Shown here piece by piece: positions 34,611 through 51,745 of a stretch of DNA of 64,000 nt. Under the pieces are notes generated by a model that saw only the letters and a list, made by a program, of their open reading frames with translations, did not search any database and was not told the DNA's origin. Numbering within the stretch: the stretch's first letter is position 1; every line of letters begins with the position of its first letter. This DNA is from Heterodontus francisci (lineage: Eukaryota), in contig NC_090377.1 of assembly GCF_036365525.1 (NCBI RefSeq), positions 100,247,141 through 100,311,140 on the forward strand, read 5' to 3'. The position numbers were made by a program, and so were the translations under genes.

Positions 34611-37250
34611 ATAGGAACATAGAAGCAGGAGTAGGCCATTCAGCCCATCGAGCCTGCTCCACCATTCAATACGATCATGGCTGATCTTCCACTTCAATAC
34701 CTTTTTCTCACACTATCCTCATATCCCCTTATGTCATTTGTATTTAGAAATCTGTCAATCGCTGCTTTAAACATACTCAATGACTGAGCTTCCACAGCCC
34801 TCTGGGGTAGAGAATTCCAAAGATTCACAACCCTCTAAGTAAAGAAATTTCTCCTCATCTCTATACTAAGTGGTTTCTCCCTTACTTTGAAATTGTGTCC
34901 CCTGGTTCTAGACTCCCCAACCAGGGGAAACATCTTACCTGCATCTACCCTGTCTATCTATTTAATTATTTTGTAGGTTTCAATGAGATCACCTCTCATT
35001 CTTCGAAATGCTAGAGAATACAGGCCCAGTTTCCCCAATCTTTCTTCATAGGACAGTCCCGCCATTCCAGAAACAAGTCTGGTGAATCTTCGTTACACTC
35101 CCACTACGGCAATAATATCCATCCTAAGGTAAGGGGACCAAAACTGCACACAGTACTCCAGGTACGGTCTAACCAAGGTTCTGTACAATTGAAGGACAGG
35201 AAGGACAGGAAGCTAGGAAAAGCTGGAGGGGTAGCTCTGTTAATTAATGATGGTATTAGTGCAATAGAGAGGGATAACCTAAGTTCAGGAGACCAGGATG
35301 TAGAAGCAGTTTGGGTAGAGATGAAAAATCATAAAGGCAAGAAGTCACTTGTGGGAGTGGTGTATAGACCACCTAACATTAACCACACTGTAGGATGGGG
35401 TATAAAGGAAGAAATAATGGCAGCTTGTCAAAAAGGTACAGTGATAATTATGGGGGATTTTAACCTACATATGGATTGAAAAAATCAGATGGGCAGAGGT
35501 AGCCTAGATGAGGAGTACATAGAATGTTTTCGGGATAAATTTCTTGGAACAATACATTCCGGAGCCAACCAGAGAGCAGACTATACTAGACCTGGTATTG
35601 TGCAACGAGATAAAATTAATTAATAACCTCATAGTTAAGGTGCCCTTAGGTAGCAGCGATCATAATATGATTGAATTTTACATTCAGTTTGAGGGAGAAG
35701 AGTGGGTCCAAGACTAGTATTTTAAACTTAAACAGGGTCAGTTATGAATGCATGAAAGCAAAGCTAGTTAAAGTGAACTGGCAAATCAGGTTAAGGGTTA
35801 GGTCAATTAAGATGCAGTGGCTGACATTTAAGGGGATATTTCAGAATACACAGAACAGATACATTTCAACGAGAAAGAAAAATTCCAAGGGTGGGACCTG
35901 CCATCCATGGATAATTAAAACAGTTAAAGATAGTATTGCTAAAGGAATAGAGTATAAAAGTAGGGAAGTGTTGTTGCAACTGTACAAGGCACCTGGAGCA
36001 TTGCGTACAGTTTTGGTCCGTTACTTGAGGAGGTATGTAGTTGCTTTGGAGGCAGTTCAGAGAAGGTTCACTAGGTTGATTCCAGAGATGAGGGGTTTGT
36101 CTTATGAAGAGAGATTGAGCAGTTTAGGCCTTTACTCTCTGGAGTTTAGAAGAATGAGAGGAGATCTAATTGAGGTATATAAGATGATTAAGGGGATTGA
36201 CAAAGTAGACATAGAGAGGATGTTTCCTCTGGTGGGGCAATCTAGAACAAGAGGTCATAGTTTGAGGATAAGGGGTAGCAGATTTAAAAGAGAGATGAGG
36301 AGAAATTACTTCTCTCAAAGGGTCGTGAGTCTGTAGAATTCACTACCCCAGAGTGCAGCGGATGCCAGGACATTGAGTAAATTTAAGGAGGAGATAGACA
36401 GATTTTTAATTAGTAAAGGGTTGAAGGGTTATGGAGAACGGGCAGGAAAGTGGAGTTGAGGTCGAGATGAGATCAGCCATGATCGTATTGACGGGGCTGA
36501 ATTGCCTACTCCTGCTCCTAGTTCTTATGTTCTTGTGTTCTAAAAGCCTATAATTGCGCAAAGGTGGGAGACAGGTCAGAAGATTGGGCAGCATATAAAA
36601 AACAGCAGAGAATGACTAAAAGGTTGATAAGGAAGGTAAAATTAGAGTACAAGAGAAAGCTAGCGAGAAATATAAAGACAGATAGTAAGAGTTTCTAAAG
36701 ATATTTAAAAAGAAAAGAGTTAACAAAGTGACCGTTTGTCCTATAAAAGGTGAGTCTGGGGAATTAGTAATGGGTAATATGGAGATATTTTGCATCGGTC
36801 TTCGCTACTGAGGATACAAGTAACATCCCAGTATTAGTTGCAAGTCAGGAAATGGAAGGGAGGGAGGAACTCAAGAAAATTACAATCACCAGGGAAGTGA
36901 TATTGAACAAATTGTTGAAGCTGCGGGCTGACACGTCCCCAGTTCCTGATGGACATCATCCTAGGATGGTAAAAGAAGTGGCTAGTGAGATTGTTGATGC
37001 ATTGGTTTTAATTTTCCAAAATTTCCTAGATTTGGGGAAGGTTATATTAGATTGGAAACTAGCGAATGTAACTCCTTTATTCAAAAAAGGGAGACAGAAA
37101 GCAGGAAACTACAGGCCAATTAGTTTAACATCTGTCTTCAGGAAAATGTTAGAAGCTATTATTAAAGTTGTTATAGCAGGCCTTTTCGAAAAATTCAAGG
37201 TAATCAGGCAGAGTCAACATGTTTTTGTGAAAGGGAAATCATGTTTAACA
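34611..37250. mobile_element. CR1 LINE with inverted 5' part (3' end on - at 34611-35190; endonuclease-RT on + at 35191-37250)
   Basis: Minus strand carries LYRTLVRPYLEYC through the tail. Plus strand carries KDRKLGKAGGVAL, VYRPP, MGDFN, SSDH, NYRPISLTS and QHVFVKGKSCLT. Confidence 0.85.
35936..36540 (+). mobile_element. Second CR1 3' end nested inside the CR1
   Basis: IAKGIEYKSREVLLQLYKA..MRGDLIEVYKM..YFSQRVV plus tail. The host CR1 resumes at 36541. Confidence 0.85.
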
Positions 37251-40200
37251 ATATCACATATCATAACAATATCATATCACAGACACACATCACCAATCAC
37301 AAATGCCCATCACCAATCAGAGACACACATCATTAATCACAGACACACATCACCAATCAAAGACACACATCAACAATCGCAGACACATATCACCAATCAC
37401 AGACAAATCACCAATTTCAAACACACGTCCTCAATCCCAGACACACACCATCAATTACAGGCAGACATCATCGATCACAGAGACACATCACCAATCACAG
37501 ACACACATCATCAATTACACCCACTCATCATTAATCACAGACACGTCAGCAATTACAGACACACGTCATCAATCATAGACACACGACCTGAATCACAGAA
37601 ACACGTCATCAATCACAGTCACACATCAGCAATCACAGACATACATCACAAAGCAGTCACACATCGCCAGTCACAGTCTCACATCACAAATCACAGACAC
37701 ACCTCATCAATTACAGAAACACGTCATCAACCACTGTTACACATCGACGATCACAGGCATACATCACAAACCAGTCACACGTCAGCAATGACAGACACAC
37801 GTCATCAATCACAGACACATGTCACAATTACAGACACACATCATCAATTCCACACACACGTCCTCAATCACGGAAACATGTCATCAATCACAGTCACACA
37901 TGTCACCAATCACAGTCACACATCATTAATGACAGACACACATCATCAATCCCAGTTACACATCACCTATCACAGACATAGATAGAAATAGTCACACATC
38001 ACCAATAACAGGTACATGTCACCAATCACTCTAACACATCACCAATCACAGACACACAGCACAAATTACAGATGCACGTCATCAATCATGGACACACGTC
38101 AATAATCACAGATGCAGAACACCAATCACAGTCACACATCATCGATGACTGACACACATCACCAATCAGACACATATCACCAATCACCGACACACTTAAC
38201 CAATCACAGACACACATCACCAATTACAGACACACATCATCAATTCCACACACACGTCCTCAATCACGGAAACATGTCATCAATCACAGTCACACATGTC
38301 ACCAATCACAGTCACACATCATCAATGACAGACACACATCATCAATCCCAGTCACACATCACCTATCACAGACATAGATAGAAATAGTCACACATCACCA
38401 ATAACAGGTACACGTCACCAATCACTCTAACACATCGCCAATCACAGACACACAGCACAAATCAAAGATGCACGTAATCAATCATAGACACATGTCACCA
38501 ATCACAGACGCAGAACACCAATCACAGTCACACATCATCAATGACTGACACATCATCAATCAGACACGTGTCACCAATCACAGATGCACATCATCAATCA
38601 CAGACACACATCAACAATCACAGACAAACATCATAAATTACAGACACACATCATCAGTTAGAGACTCACGTCATAAATCACAGACACACACAACAATCAC
38701 AGACACACATCATAAATTACAGACAAACATCATCAATTAAAGGCTCAGGTCATAAATCACAGACACACATCGCCAATCACAGACACTCATCAATTACAGA
38801 CTCATGTCATAAATCACAGACACATCATCAATCAGAGACAAACACCATCAATTACAGACTCACATAATCAATCACAGACACACACCACCAATCACAGTCG
38901 CACCTCATCAATCACAAAGACACATCACCAATCACAGACACACATCACCAATCACAGACACACATCATCAATTACAGACTCACGTCATAAATCACAGACA
39001 CACATCATCAATCAGAGATACACATCATCAATCAGCGACACACATCATCAATTCCAGACACACAACATCAATCAAACACAGACACACATTATCAATCACA
39101 GACACAGATCAATTACAGACGCATGTCATAAATCACTGACAAACATCATCAATCAGAGACAAACACCATCAATTCCAGACACACATCATAAATCCCACAC
39201 ACACGTCCTCAATCACGGAAACATGTCATCAATCACAGTCACACATTGCCAATCACAGACACACATCATCAATGACAGACACACATCATCAATCCCAGTC
39301 ACACATCACCTATCACAGACAGAGATAGAAATAGTCACACATCACCAATAACAGGTACACGTCACCAATCACTCTAACACATCGCCAATCACAGACACAC
39401 AGCACAAATTACAGATACACGTCATCAATCATAGACACACGTCAATAATCACAGACGCAGAACACCAATCACAGTCACACATCATCGATGACTGACACAC
39501 ATCACCAATCAGACACATGTCACCAATCACCGACACATTTAACCGATCACAGACCCACATCAATCACAGACACACATCATCAGTCAGAGACACAACAATT
39601 ATAGATACACATCATTAATCACAGACACATGTCACCAATCACAGACACACATCATCAATTACAGACACACGTCCTCAATCACGGAAACATGTCATCAATC
39701 ACAGTCACACATTGCCAATCACAGACACACATCACAAATCACAGACACATGTCACCAATCACAGTCACACATCATCAATGACAGACACACATCATCAATC
39801 CCAGTCACACATCACCTATCACAGACATACATAGAAATAGTCACACATCACCAATAACAGGTGCACGTCACCAATCACTCTAACACATCGCCAATCACAG
39901 ACACACAGCACAAATCAAAGATGCACGTAATCAATCATGGACACATGTCACCAATCACAGACACAGAACACCAATCACAGTCACACATCATCAGTGACTG
40001 ACACATCACCAATCAGACACATGTCACCAATCACCGACACATTTAACCAATCACAGATGCACATCATCAATCACAGACAAACATCATCAATTGCAGACAC
40101 ATCATCAATGATAGACACACATCATCAATGATAGACACATCATCTATCACAGACATACATCGTTAAATACAGACACATATCAATCATAGACACACATCAT

Positions 40201-43200
40201 CAATTACATACATACACAGCAATCGCAGACACACATCGTTAATTACATACACAGCAATCGCAGACACACATCAATCGCAGACTCACATCATTAATTACAG
40301 ACACACATCATCAATCACTGACACATCATCAATCGCAGAGGCACATCATCAATCGCAGATGCACATCATCAATCACAGATACACATCATCAATCACAGAC
40401 GCATCATTAATTACAGACACACATCATTAATCACAGGCACACATCAACAAGCACAGACACATGTCATCAATCACAGAACCACATCACCAATCACAGACTC
40501 ACATCACCAATCACAGACTCACATCACCAATCACAGCCACACATCATCAGTCACAGTCAGACATTATCAATCACAAACACACACCATCAATTACAGACAC
40601 ACATAATCAATTACAGATATACAACATCAATCAGAGACACATAATCTCAATCACAGACACACATCACCAAAGACACACATCACCAATCACACATGCACAT
40701 TATTAATCACTGACAAACATCATCAATTACAGGCACACATCATCAATGACAGACATACATCACCATTCACAGACACACATCATTAATTACAGACTCATCA
40801 TCAATCACAGACACACATCATCAATTACTGATACATATCATCAATTACAGACACACATCATCTTGACAGACACAGGTCATCATTCACAGACGCACATCAT
40901 TAATTTCAGACACAGATCATCAATTACAGACGCACATAATCAATGACAGACACACGTCATCAATCACAGATGCATCATCAATCACAGACAAACTTCATCA
41001 ATTTCAGACACACATCATCACTCATAGACACACATCATCAATGTCAGACACTCGTCATCAATAGCGGACAGACATCATCAATCAGAGACAAACGTCATCA
41101 ATTTCAGACACACATCATCAATCAGAGACACACATCATCAATCAGAGACACACATCATCAATCACAGACACACGTCATCAATCACAGACACACATCATCA
41201 ATCACAGACACACATCATCAATCACAGACAAACTTCATCAATCGCAGACACACATCATCCATCAAAGACACACGTCATCAATCACAGACAAACTTCATCA
41301 ATCACAGACACACATCATTAATCACAGAGACATGTCATCAATTACAGACATACATCATTAATCACAGACACACATTGCCAATTACAGATGCACATCATTA
41401 ATTACAGACACACATCAGCACTCACAGACACACATCATCAATTTCAGACACACATCATCAATCACAGACAAACTTAATCAATCACAGACACACATCATTA
41501 ATCACAGAGACACGTCATCAATTACAGACACACGTCATCAATTACAGACACACATCATCAATTACAGACACACATCGTCAATGATAGACACACATCATTC
41601 AGAGACACGCATCATTAATTACAGACAAACATCATCAATCACAGACAGACAGACATCATCAATGACAGACACACATCAACATTTACAGATCCACATCATC
41701 AAACACTGACACACATCATTAATCACAGACGCATCATTAATTACAGACACACATCATTAATCACAGGCACAGGTCATCAATCACAAACACACATCATGAA
41801 TAACAGACACACATGATTAATTGCAGAGACACCTCGTTAATTACAGACAAACACATTCAATCACAGACAAACATCATTAATCACAGACACAGATCATCAA
41901 TCACAGACACACATAATTAATTACAGACACACATCATTAATCACAGGCACACATCATCAATCACAAACATCATTAACCACAGCCACAGATCATCAATTTC
42001 AGACACACATCATCAATCACAGACACACATCATTAATCACAGCGACACGTCATCAATCGCAGACACACGTCATCAATCACAGACACACATCATCAATTAC
42101 AGACACCCATCATCAATCACATACAAACATCATCAATTTCAGACACACATCATCAATCACAGACACACATCATTAATCACAGAGAAACGTCATCAATCAC
42201 AGACACACATCATCAATCACATACAAACGTCATCAATTTCAGACACACATCATCACTCAAAGACACACATCATCAATCACAGGCACACATCATTAATTAC
42301 AGACACACATCGTCAATCACAGGCACACATCATTAATTAAAGACACACATCATCAATCACAGACAGACGTCATCAATTTCAGTCCCACATCATCATCCAC
42401 AGGCACACATCATTAATCACAGAGACATGTCATCAATCGCAGACACACATCATCCATCAAAGACACACATCATCAATCACAGGCACACATCATTAATCAC
42501 AGAGACACGTCATCAATCGCAGTCACACGTCATCCATCAAAGACACACATCATCAATCAGAGACAAACATCATTAATTACAGACACCACATCACCAATCA
42601 CAGGCACATATCATCAATCACACACACATCACCAATCACAGACGCACATCATCAATCACAGACACACATCACCAATCACAGACACACATTACCAATCACA
42701 GACAAACATCAGCAATCACAGATACTCATCAGCAATCAGAGACACACATCATTTACTTCAGACACACCTCATTAATTACACAGACACCATCAATCACAGA
42801 AACACATCGTCAATCGCAGATGCACGTCATCAATCACAGATACACATCATCAATCACAGCCACACATCACCAATCACAGTCAGACATTATCAATTACTGA
42901 CACACACCATCAATTACAGACACACATAATCAATTACAGACATACATCATCAATCAGAGAGACACAACCTCAATCACAGTCACACATCACCAATCACAGA
43001 CAGACATCAGTAATTACAGACACACATCATCAATTACATACAAACATCATCAATTTCAGACACACATCATCACTCAAAGACACACATCATCAATCACAGA
43101 CATACATCATCAATCACAGACACATATCATTAATCACAGAGACACGTCATCAATCGTAGACGCATATCATCCATCAAAGACACACATCATCAATCAGAGA

Positions 43201-46200
43201 CAAACATCATTAATTACAAACATTCATCATCAATTACAGACACCACATCACCAATCACAGGCACACATCATCAATCACACACAAATCGCCAATCACAGAT
43301 GCGTATCATCAATTACAGACCAACATCACCAATCACAGACACACATCATTAATTACAGACACACATCGTTAGTTACAGACACACATCATCAATCACAGAC
43401 AAACACCAGCAATCACAGGCACACATCATTTATCACAGATACACATCAATCAGAGACAAACATCATTAATTACAAACGCAGTTACCAATCATAGACACAC
43501 ATCATTATTCACTGATACACATCACCAATCACAGACACAGATCGTTAATTACAGACACACATCACCAATCAGAGACACACATTACCAGTCACAGACACAC
43601 ATCAGCAATCACAGACACAACTCATTAATTGCACAGACACCATCAATTACAGAAACACATCGTCAATCGCAGATGCACATCATCAATCACAGTCAGACAT
43701 TATCAATTACAGATGCACACCATCAATTACAGACACACATAATCAATTACAGACATACAACATCAATCAGAGACACTCAACCTCAATCATAGTCACACAT
43801 CACCAATCACAGACACACATCATCAATTACAGATGCACATCATTAATAACTGACAAACATCACCAATCACAGACACACATCAGTAATTACAGACACACAT
43901 CATTAATTACAGACACTTCATCAATCACAGACACACATCAGAAATTACAGACAGATATCATCAGTTACAGACACATAATCGATGACAGACACGTCATCAT
44001 TCACAGACACACATCATCACTCACAGACACACATCATCCATCACAGACACATGTCATCAATCACAGACAAACTTCATCAATTACAGACACACATCATCAA
44101 TCACAGACACACTTCATCCATCAAAGAGACATGTCATCAATCACAGATGCACATCGTTAATTACAAACGTCATCAATCACAGACAAACATCATCAATTTC
44201 AGACACACCTCATCAATCACAGACAGACATCATCAATCACAGACACGTCATCATTCACAGACACACGTCATCAATCACAGACACACACCATCAATCACAG
44301 ACAGAAATCACAAATCACAGACACACATCATCAATCACAGACAAACATAATCAATTTCAGACACACATCATCAATCACAGACAGACATCATCAATCACAG
44401 ACACGTCATCATTCACAGACACACGTCATCAATCACAGCCACACACCATCAATCACAGACAGAAATCACAAATCACAGACACACATCATCAATCACAGAC
44501 ACACTTCATCCATCAAAGAGACATGTCATCAATCACAGACACACATCGTTAATTACAAACGTCATCAATCACAGACAAACATCATCAATTTCAGACACAT
44601 CATCAATCACAGACAGACATCATCAATCACAGACACGTCATCAATCACAGACACACATCATCAATCACAGACAAACATCATCAATCACAGACACGTCATC
44701 ATCCATTAAAGAGACATGTCATCAATCACAGATACACATCGTTAATTACAAACGTCATCAATCACAGACAAACATCACCAATCACAGACGCACATCATCA
44801 ATCACAGACACACATCACCAATCACAGACACACATTACCAATCACAGACAAACATCAGCAATCACAGATACTCATCAGTAATCAGAGACACACATCATTT
44901 ATTTCAGACACACCTCATTAATTACACAGACACCATCAATCACAGAAACACATAGTCAATCGCAGATGCACATCATCAATCACAGAACCACGTCACCAAT
45001 CACAGCCACACATCACCAATCACAGTCAGACATTATCAATTACTGACACACACCATCAATTACAGGCACACATAATCAATTACAGACATACATCATCAAT
45101 CAGAGAGACACAACCTCAATCATAGTCACACATCACCAATCACAGACAGACATCAGTAATTACAGACACACATCATCAATCACATACAAACATCATCAAT
45201 TTCAGACACACATCATCACTCAAAGACACACATCATCAATCACAGACATACATCATCAATCACAGACACACATCATTAATCACAGAGACACGTCATCAAT
45301 CGTAGACGCACATCATCCATCAAAGGCACACATCATCAATCAGAGACAAACATCATTAATTACAAACATTCATCATCAATTACAGACACCACATCACCAA
45401 TCACAGGCACACATCATCAATCACACACAAATCGCCAATCACAGATGCATATCATCAATTACAGACCAACATCACCAATCACAGACACACATCATTAATT
45501 ACAGACACACATCGTTAGTTACAGACACACATCATCAATCACAGACAAACACCAGCAATCACAGGCACACATCATTTATCACAGATACACATCAATCAGA
45601 GACAAACATCATTAATTACAAATGCAGTTACCAATCATAGACACATATCATTATTCACTGATACACATCACCAATCACAGACACAGATCGTTAATTACAG
45701 ACACACATCACCAATCAGAAACACACATTACCAGTCACAGACACACATCAGCAATCACAGACACAACTCATTAATTGCGCAGACACCATCAATCACAGAA
45801 ACACATCGTCAATTGCAGATGCACATCATCAATCACAGATACACATCATCAATCACAGTCAGACATTATTAATTACAGACGCACACCATCAATCACAGAT
45901 ACACATCATCAATCACAGTCAGACATTATCAATTACAGACGCACACCATCAATTACAGACACACATCATTAATTACAGACACTTCATCAATCACAGACAC
46001 ACATCAGAAATTACTGACAGATATCATCAGTTACAGACACATAATCGATGACAGACACGTCATCATTCACAGACACACATCATCACTCACAGACACACAT
46101 CATCCATCACAGACACATGTCATCAATCACAGACAAACTTCATCAATTACAGACACACATCATCAATCACAGACACACTTCATCCATCAAAGAGACATGT

Positions 46201-49200
46201 CATCAATCACAGATGCACATCGTTAATTACAAACGTCATCAATCACAGACAAACATCATCAATTTCAGACACACCTCATCAATCACAGACAGACATCATC
46301 AATCACAGACACGTCATCATTCACAGACACACGTCATCAATCACAGACACACACCATCAATCACAGACAGAAATCACAAATCACAGACACACATCATCAA
46401 TCACAGACAAACATAATCAATTTCAGACACACATCATCAATCACAGACAGACATCATCAATCACAGACACGTCATCATTCACAGACACACGTCATCAATC
46501 ACAGCCACACACCATCAATCACAGACAGAAATCACAAATCACAGACACACATCATCAATCACAGACACACTTCATCCATCAAAGAGACATGTCATCAATC
46601 ACAGATGCACATCGTTAATTACAAACATCATCAATCACAGACAAACATCATCAATTTCAGACACATCATCAATCACAGACAGACATCATCAATCACAGAC
46701 ACGTCATCAATCACAGACACACATCATCCATCACAGACACACACCATCAATCACAGACAGAAATCACAGACACACATCATCAATCACAGACAAACATCAT
46801 CAATCACAGACACGTCATCATTCACAGACACATGTCATCAATCACAGACACACACCATCAATCACAGACAGAAATCACAAATCACAGACACACATCATCA
46901 ATCACAGACACACATCATCAATCACAGACACACTTCATCCATTAAAGAGACATGTCATCAATCACAGATACACATCGTTAATTACAAACGTCATCAATCA
47001 CAGACACACATCACCAATCACAGACACACATTACCAATCACAGACAAACATCAGCAATCACAGATACTCATCAGCAATCAGAGACACACATCATTTATTT
47101 CAGACACACCTCATTAATTACACAGACACCATCAATCACAGAAACACATCGTCAATCGCAGATGCACATCATCAATCACAGAACCACGTCACCAATCACA
47201 GCCACACATCACCAATCACAGTCAGACATTATCAATTACTGACACACACCATCAATTACAGACACACATAATCAATTACAGACATACATCATCAATCAGA
47301 GAGACACAACCTCAATCACAGTCACACATCACCAATCACAGACAGACATCAGTAATTACAGACACACATCATCAATCACATACAAACATCATCAATTTCA
47401 GACACACATCATCACTCAAAGACACACATCATCAATCACAGACATACATCATCAATCACAGACACACATCATTAATCACAGAGACACGTCATCAATCGTA
47501 GACGTACATCATCCATCAAAGGCACACATCATCAATCAGAGACAAACATCATTAATTACAAACATTCATCATCAATTACAGACACCACATCACCAATCAC
47601 AGGCACACATCATCAATCACACACAAATCGCCAATCACAGATGCATATCATCAATTACAGACCAACATCACCAATCACAGACACACATCATTAATTACAG
47701 AGACACATCGTTAGTTACAGACACACATCATCAATCACAGACAAACACCAGCAATCACAGACACACATCATTTATCACAGATACACATCAATCAGAGACA
47801 AACATCATTAATTACAAACGCAGTTACCAATCATAGACACACATCATTATTCACTGATACACATCACCAATCACAGACACAGATCGTTAATTACAGACAC
47901 ACATCACCAATCAGAAACACACATTACCAGTCACAGATACACATCAGCAATCACAGACACAACTCATTAATTGCGCAGACACCATCAATCACAGAAACAC
48001 ATCGTCAATTGCAGATGCACATCATCAATCACAGATACACATCATCAATCACAGTCAGACATTATCAATTACAGACGCACACCATCAATTACAGACACAC
48101 ATAATCAATTACAGACATACAACATCAATCAGAGACACTCAACCTCAATCATAGTCACACATCACCAATCACAGACACACATCAGTAATTTCAGACACAC
48201 ATCATCAATCACAGACAGACATCATCAATCACAGACACGTCATCATTCACAGACACACGTCATCAATCACAGACACACACCATCAATCACAGACAGAAAT
48301 CACAAATCACAGACACACATCATCAATCACAGAGGCACGTCATCGATCGCAGACACACGTCATCCATCAAAGAGACATGTCATCAATCACAGACACACAT
48401 CATTAATTACAGACACACATCATCAATCAGAGACACACATCATCAATTACAGACACATCATCAATCACAGCCAGCTATCATTATTACAGAGACACGTCAT
48501 CAATCGCAGATACACATCATCCATCAAAGAGACACGTCATCAATCACAGACACACATCGTTAATTACAGACACACATCGTCAATCACAGACAAACATCAG
48601 CAATCGCAGATACACATCATCCATCAAAGAAACACGTTACCAATCACAGACACACATCGTTAATTACAGACACACATCGTCAATCACAGACAAACATCAG
48701 CAATCGCAGACACAGTTCATCAATCACAGACACACGTTACCAATCACAGACACACATCGTTAATTACAGACACACATCGTTAATTACAGACACACCTCAT
48801 CAATCACAGACAAACATCAGCAATCGCAGCCACACATCAATCGCAGACAGACATCATTAATTTCAGACACACCTCATTAATTACAGACACACATCATCAA
48901 TCACAGACGCTCAATGTCAATCCGAGATGCACATCATCAATTACAGATACACATCAATAATCAAAGACACACATCATCAGTGACGGACACACGTCATCAA
49001 TGGGAGACACACATCATTAATCACAGACAAAATATCAATTACAGAAACACATTACCAATCACAGACACACTTCACCAATCACAGACACGCGTCATTAATT
49101 ACAGACACACATCATCAATCACAGACAAACATCAGCAATCGCAGAGACACATCATCAATCGCAGACTCACATCATTAATTACAGACACACATCATCAATC

Positions 49201-51745
49201 ATAGGCACACATCGACCATCACAGATGCATATCATCAACCCCAAACACATATCACCTATTACAGACACACATCATTAATTACAGACATACATCATAAATC
49301 AGAGAGACACATCATCAATCACAGAGCATCATTAATTACAGACACACATCATTAATCACAGGCACACGTCATAAGTCACAGAACCACATCACCAATCACA
49401 GACATACAACACCAATCAAAGCAACACATCATTAAATACAAACACACATCATCAATCACAGGCACACACCATCAATTACAGACGCATCATCAATCACAGA
49501 GACACATCATCAATCACAGACACACATCATTAAATATAGACATTCATCATTAATCACAGACACACGTCACCAATCACAGGCACACATCATCAATTACAGA
49601 CGCATCATCAATCACAGAGACACATCATCAATCACAGACACACATCACCAATTACAGACACATCATCAATTACAGACACACATCACCAATCACAAACACA
49701 TATATTTAATTACAGACACACATCATCAACCACAGACACACATCATTCATCACAGACGCATCATTAATTACAGACACACATCATTATTCACTGACACACA
49801 TCATTCATCACAGACACAGATCATTAATTATAGACACATCATCACTCACAGACACACGTTATCAATCAGAGACAAAATTCATCAAATACAGACACAAATC
49901 ATCAATCACAGACGAACGTCATTAATCACAGGCACACATCATCAATCACAGACACGCATCATCAATCACAGGCACACATCATCAATCACAGACACGCATC
50001 ATCATTCACAGACACAGATCATTAAATACAGACATACATCATTAATCACAGACACACGTCATCAATCAGAGGCACACATCATCAATCACAGACACGCATC
50101 ATCATTCACAGACACAGATCATTAAATACAGACAGACATCATTAATTACAGACACAATTACCAATCACTGACACACATCATTAAACACAGACATATTATC
50201 AGTTACAGAAAAACATCACCAGTCACAGATACACATCACCAATCACAGACACACGTCATCAATCACAGGCACACATCATGAATCACAGCCAGAAATCATC
50301 AATCACAAACACACATCATGAATCACAGACACAAATCACCAATCACAGCCACACATCAATCACAGCCACACATCATCAGTCACAGACATACATCAGCATT
50401 AACAGACACATATCACCAATCACAGCTACACATCATCAATCACAGTCAGACATCATCATTCACAGACACACATCATTAATCACAGACTTATTATCAATTA
50501 CAGAAACACATCACCAATCACAGACACACATCTTCAATCACAGATACACGTCATCAATCACAGTCACACACCATCAATCACAGACAGAAATCACAAATCA
50601 CACACACATCATCAATCACAGACACACATCACCAAGCACAGACACACATCACCAATCACAGACACACATCATCAATCACAGACACACATCATCAATCACA
50701 GACACACATTACCAATCACAGACACACATCATCAATTACGGACACACATCATCAATCACAGACACACATCATCAGCTACAGACACACATCATCAATCACA
50801 GACACACTTCATCAATCACAGACACACATCATCAATCACAGACACACATCACCAATCACAGACACACTTCATCAATCACAGACACACATCATTAGTCACT
50901 GACACACATTATCAATTACGTACACACATCATCAATCACAGCCACACCACATCAATCACAGACACACATCACCAATCAGAGACACACATCATTTATGACT
51001 GACACACATCATCAATTATAGACACATCATCATTTACAGACACAGATCATTAATTACAGACACACATAATCAATCACAGACACACATCATCAATCACTGA
51101 CACATATCATCAACTCCAGACACACATAATCAATTACAGACACATGTCATCAATCACAGACACACATCATCAATCACTGACACATACCATCAACTACAGA
51201 CACACATAATCAATTACAGACACATTTCATCAATCACAGACACACATTATCAATCACAGACACACATCACCAATCACCGACACAGATCATCAGTTACTGA
51301 CACACATTATCAATTACGGACACACATCATCAATCACAGACACACATAATCAGTTACAGACACACATCATCAATCACAGACACACATCATTAAAGACAGA
51401 CATACATCATCAATCAGAGACACACATCATTTATGACTGACACACATCATCAATTATAGACACATCATCATTTACAGACACAGATCATTAATTACAGACA
51501 CACATAATCAATCACAGACACATATCATCAACTACAGACACACATAATCAATTACAGACACATGTCATCAATCACAGACACACATTATCAATCACAGACA
51601 CACATCACCAATCACCGACACAGATCATCAGTTACTGACATACATTATCAATCCACACGCACATCATCAATCACAGACACACATCACCAATTATAGACAC
51701 AGATCGTTAATTACAGGTACGTATCATTAATCACAGACACACGTC
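37251..51745. repeat. ~14.5 kb satellite, ~20-bp monomer CATCAATCACAGACACACAT
   Basis: Continuous diverged tandem units, A/C-rich on the + strand, with ~2.1-2.2 kb higher-order duplications. Confidence 0.98.

Noticed and set aside
37303-50895. Many His/Thr/Gln/Ser-rich ORFs, including the tail of ORF 36852-37985
   Set aside because: These are translations of the 20-bp satellite, which has few stops on the + strand. They are not genes.
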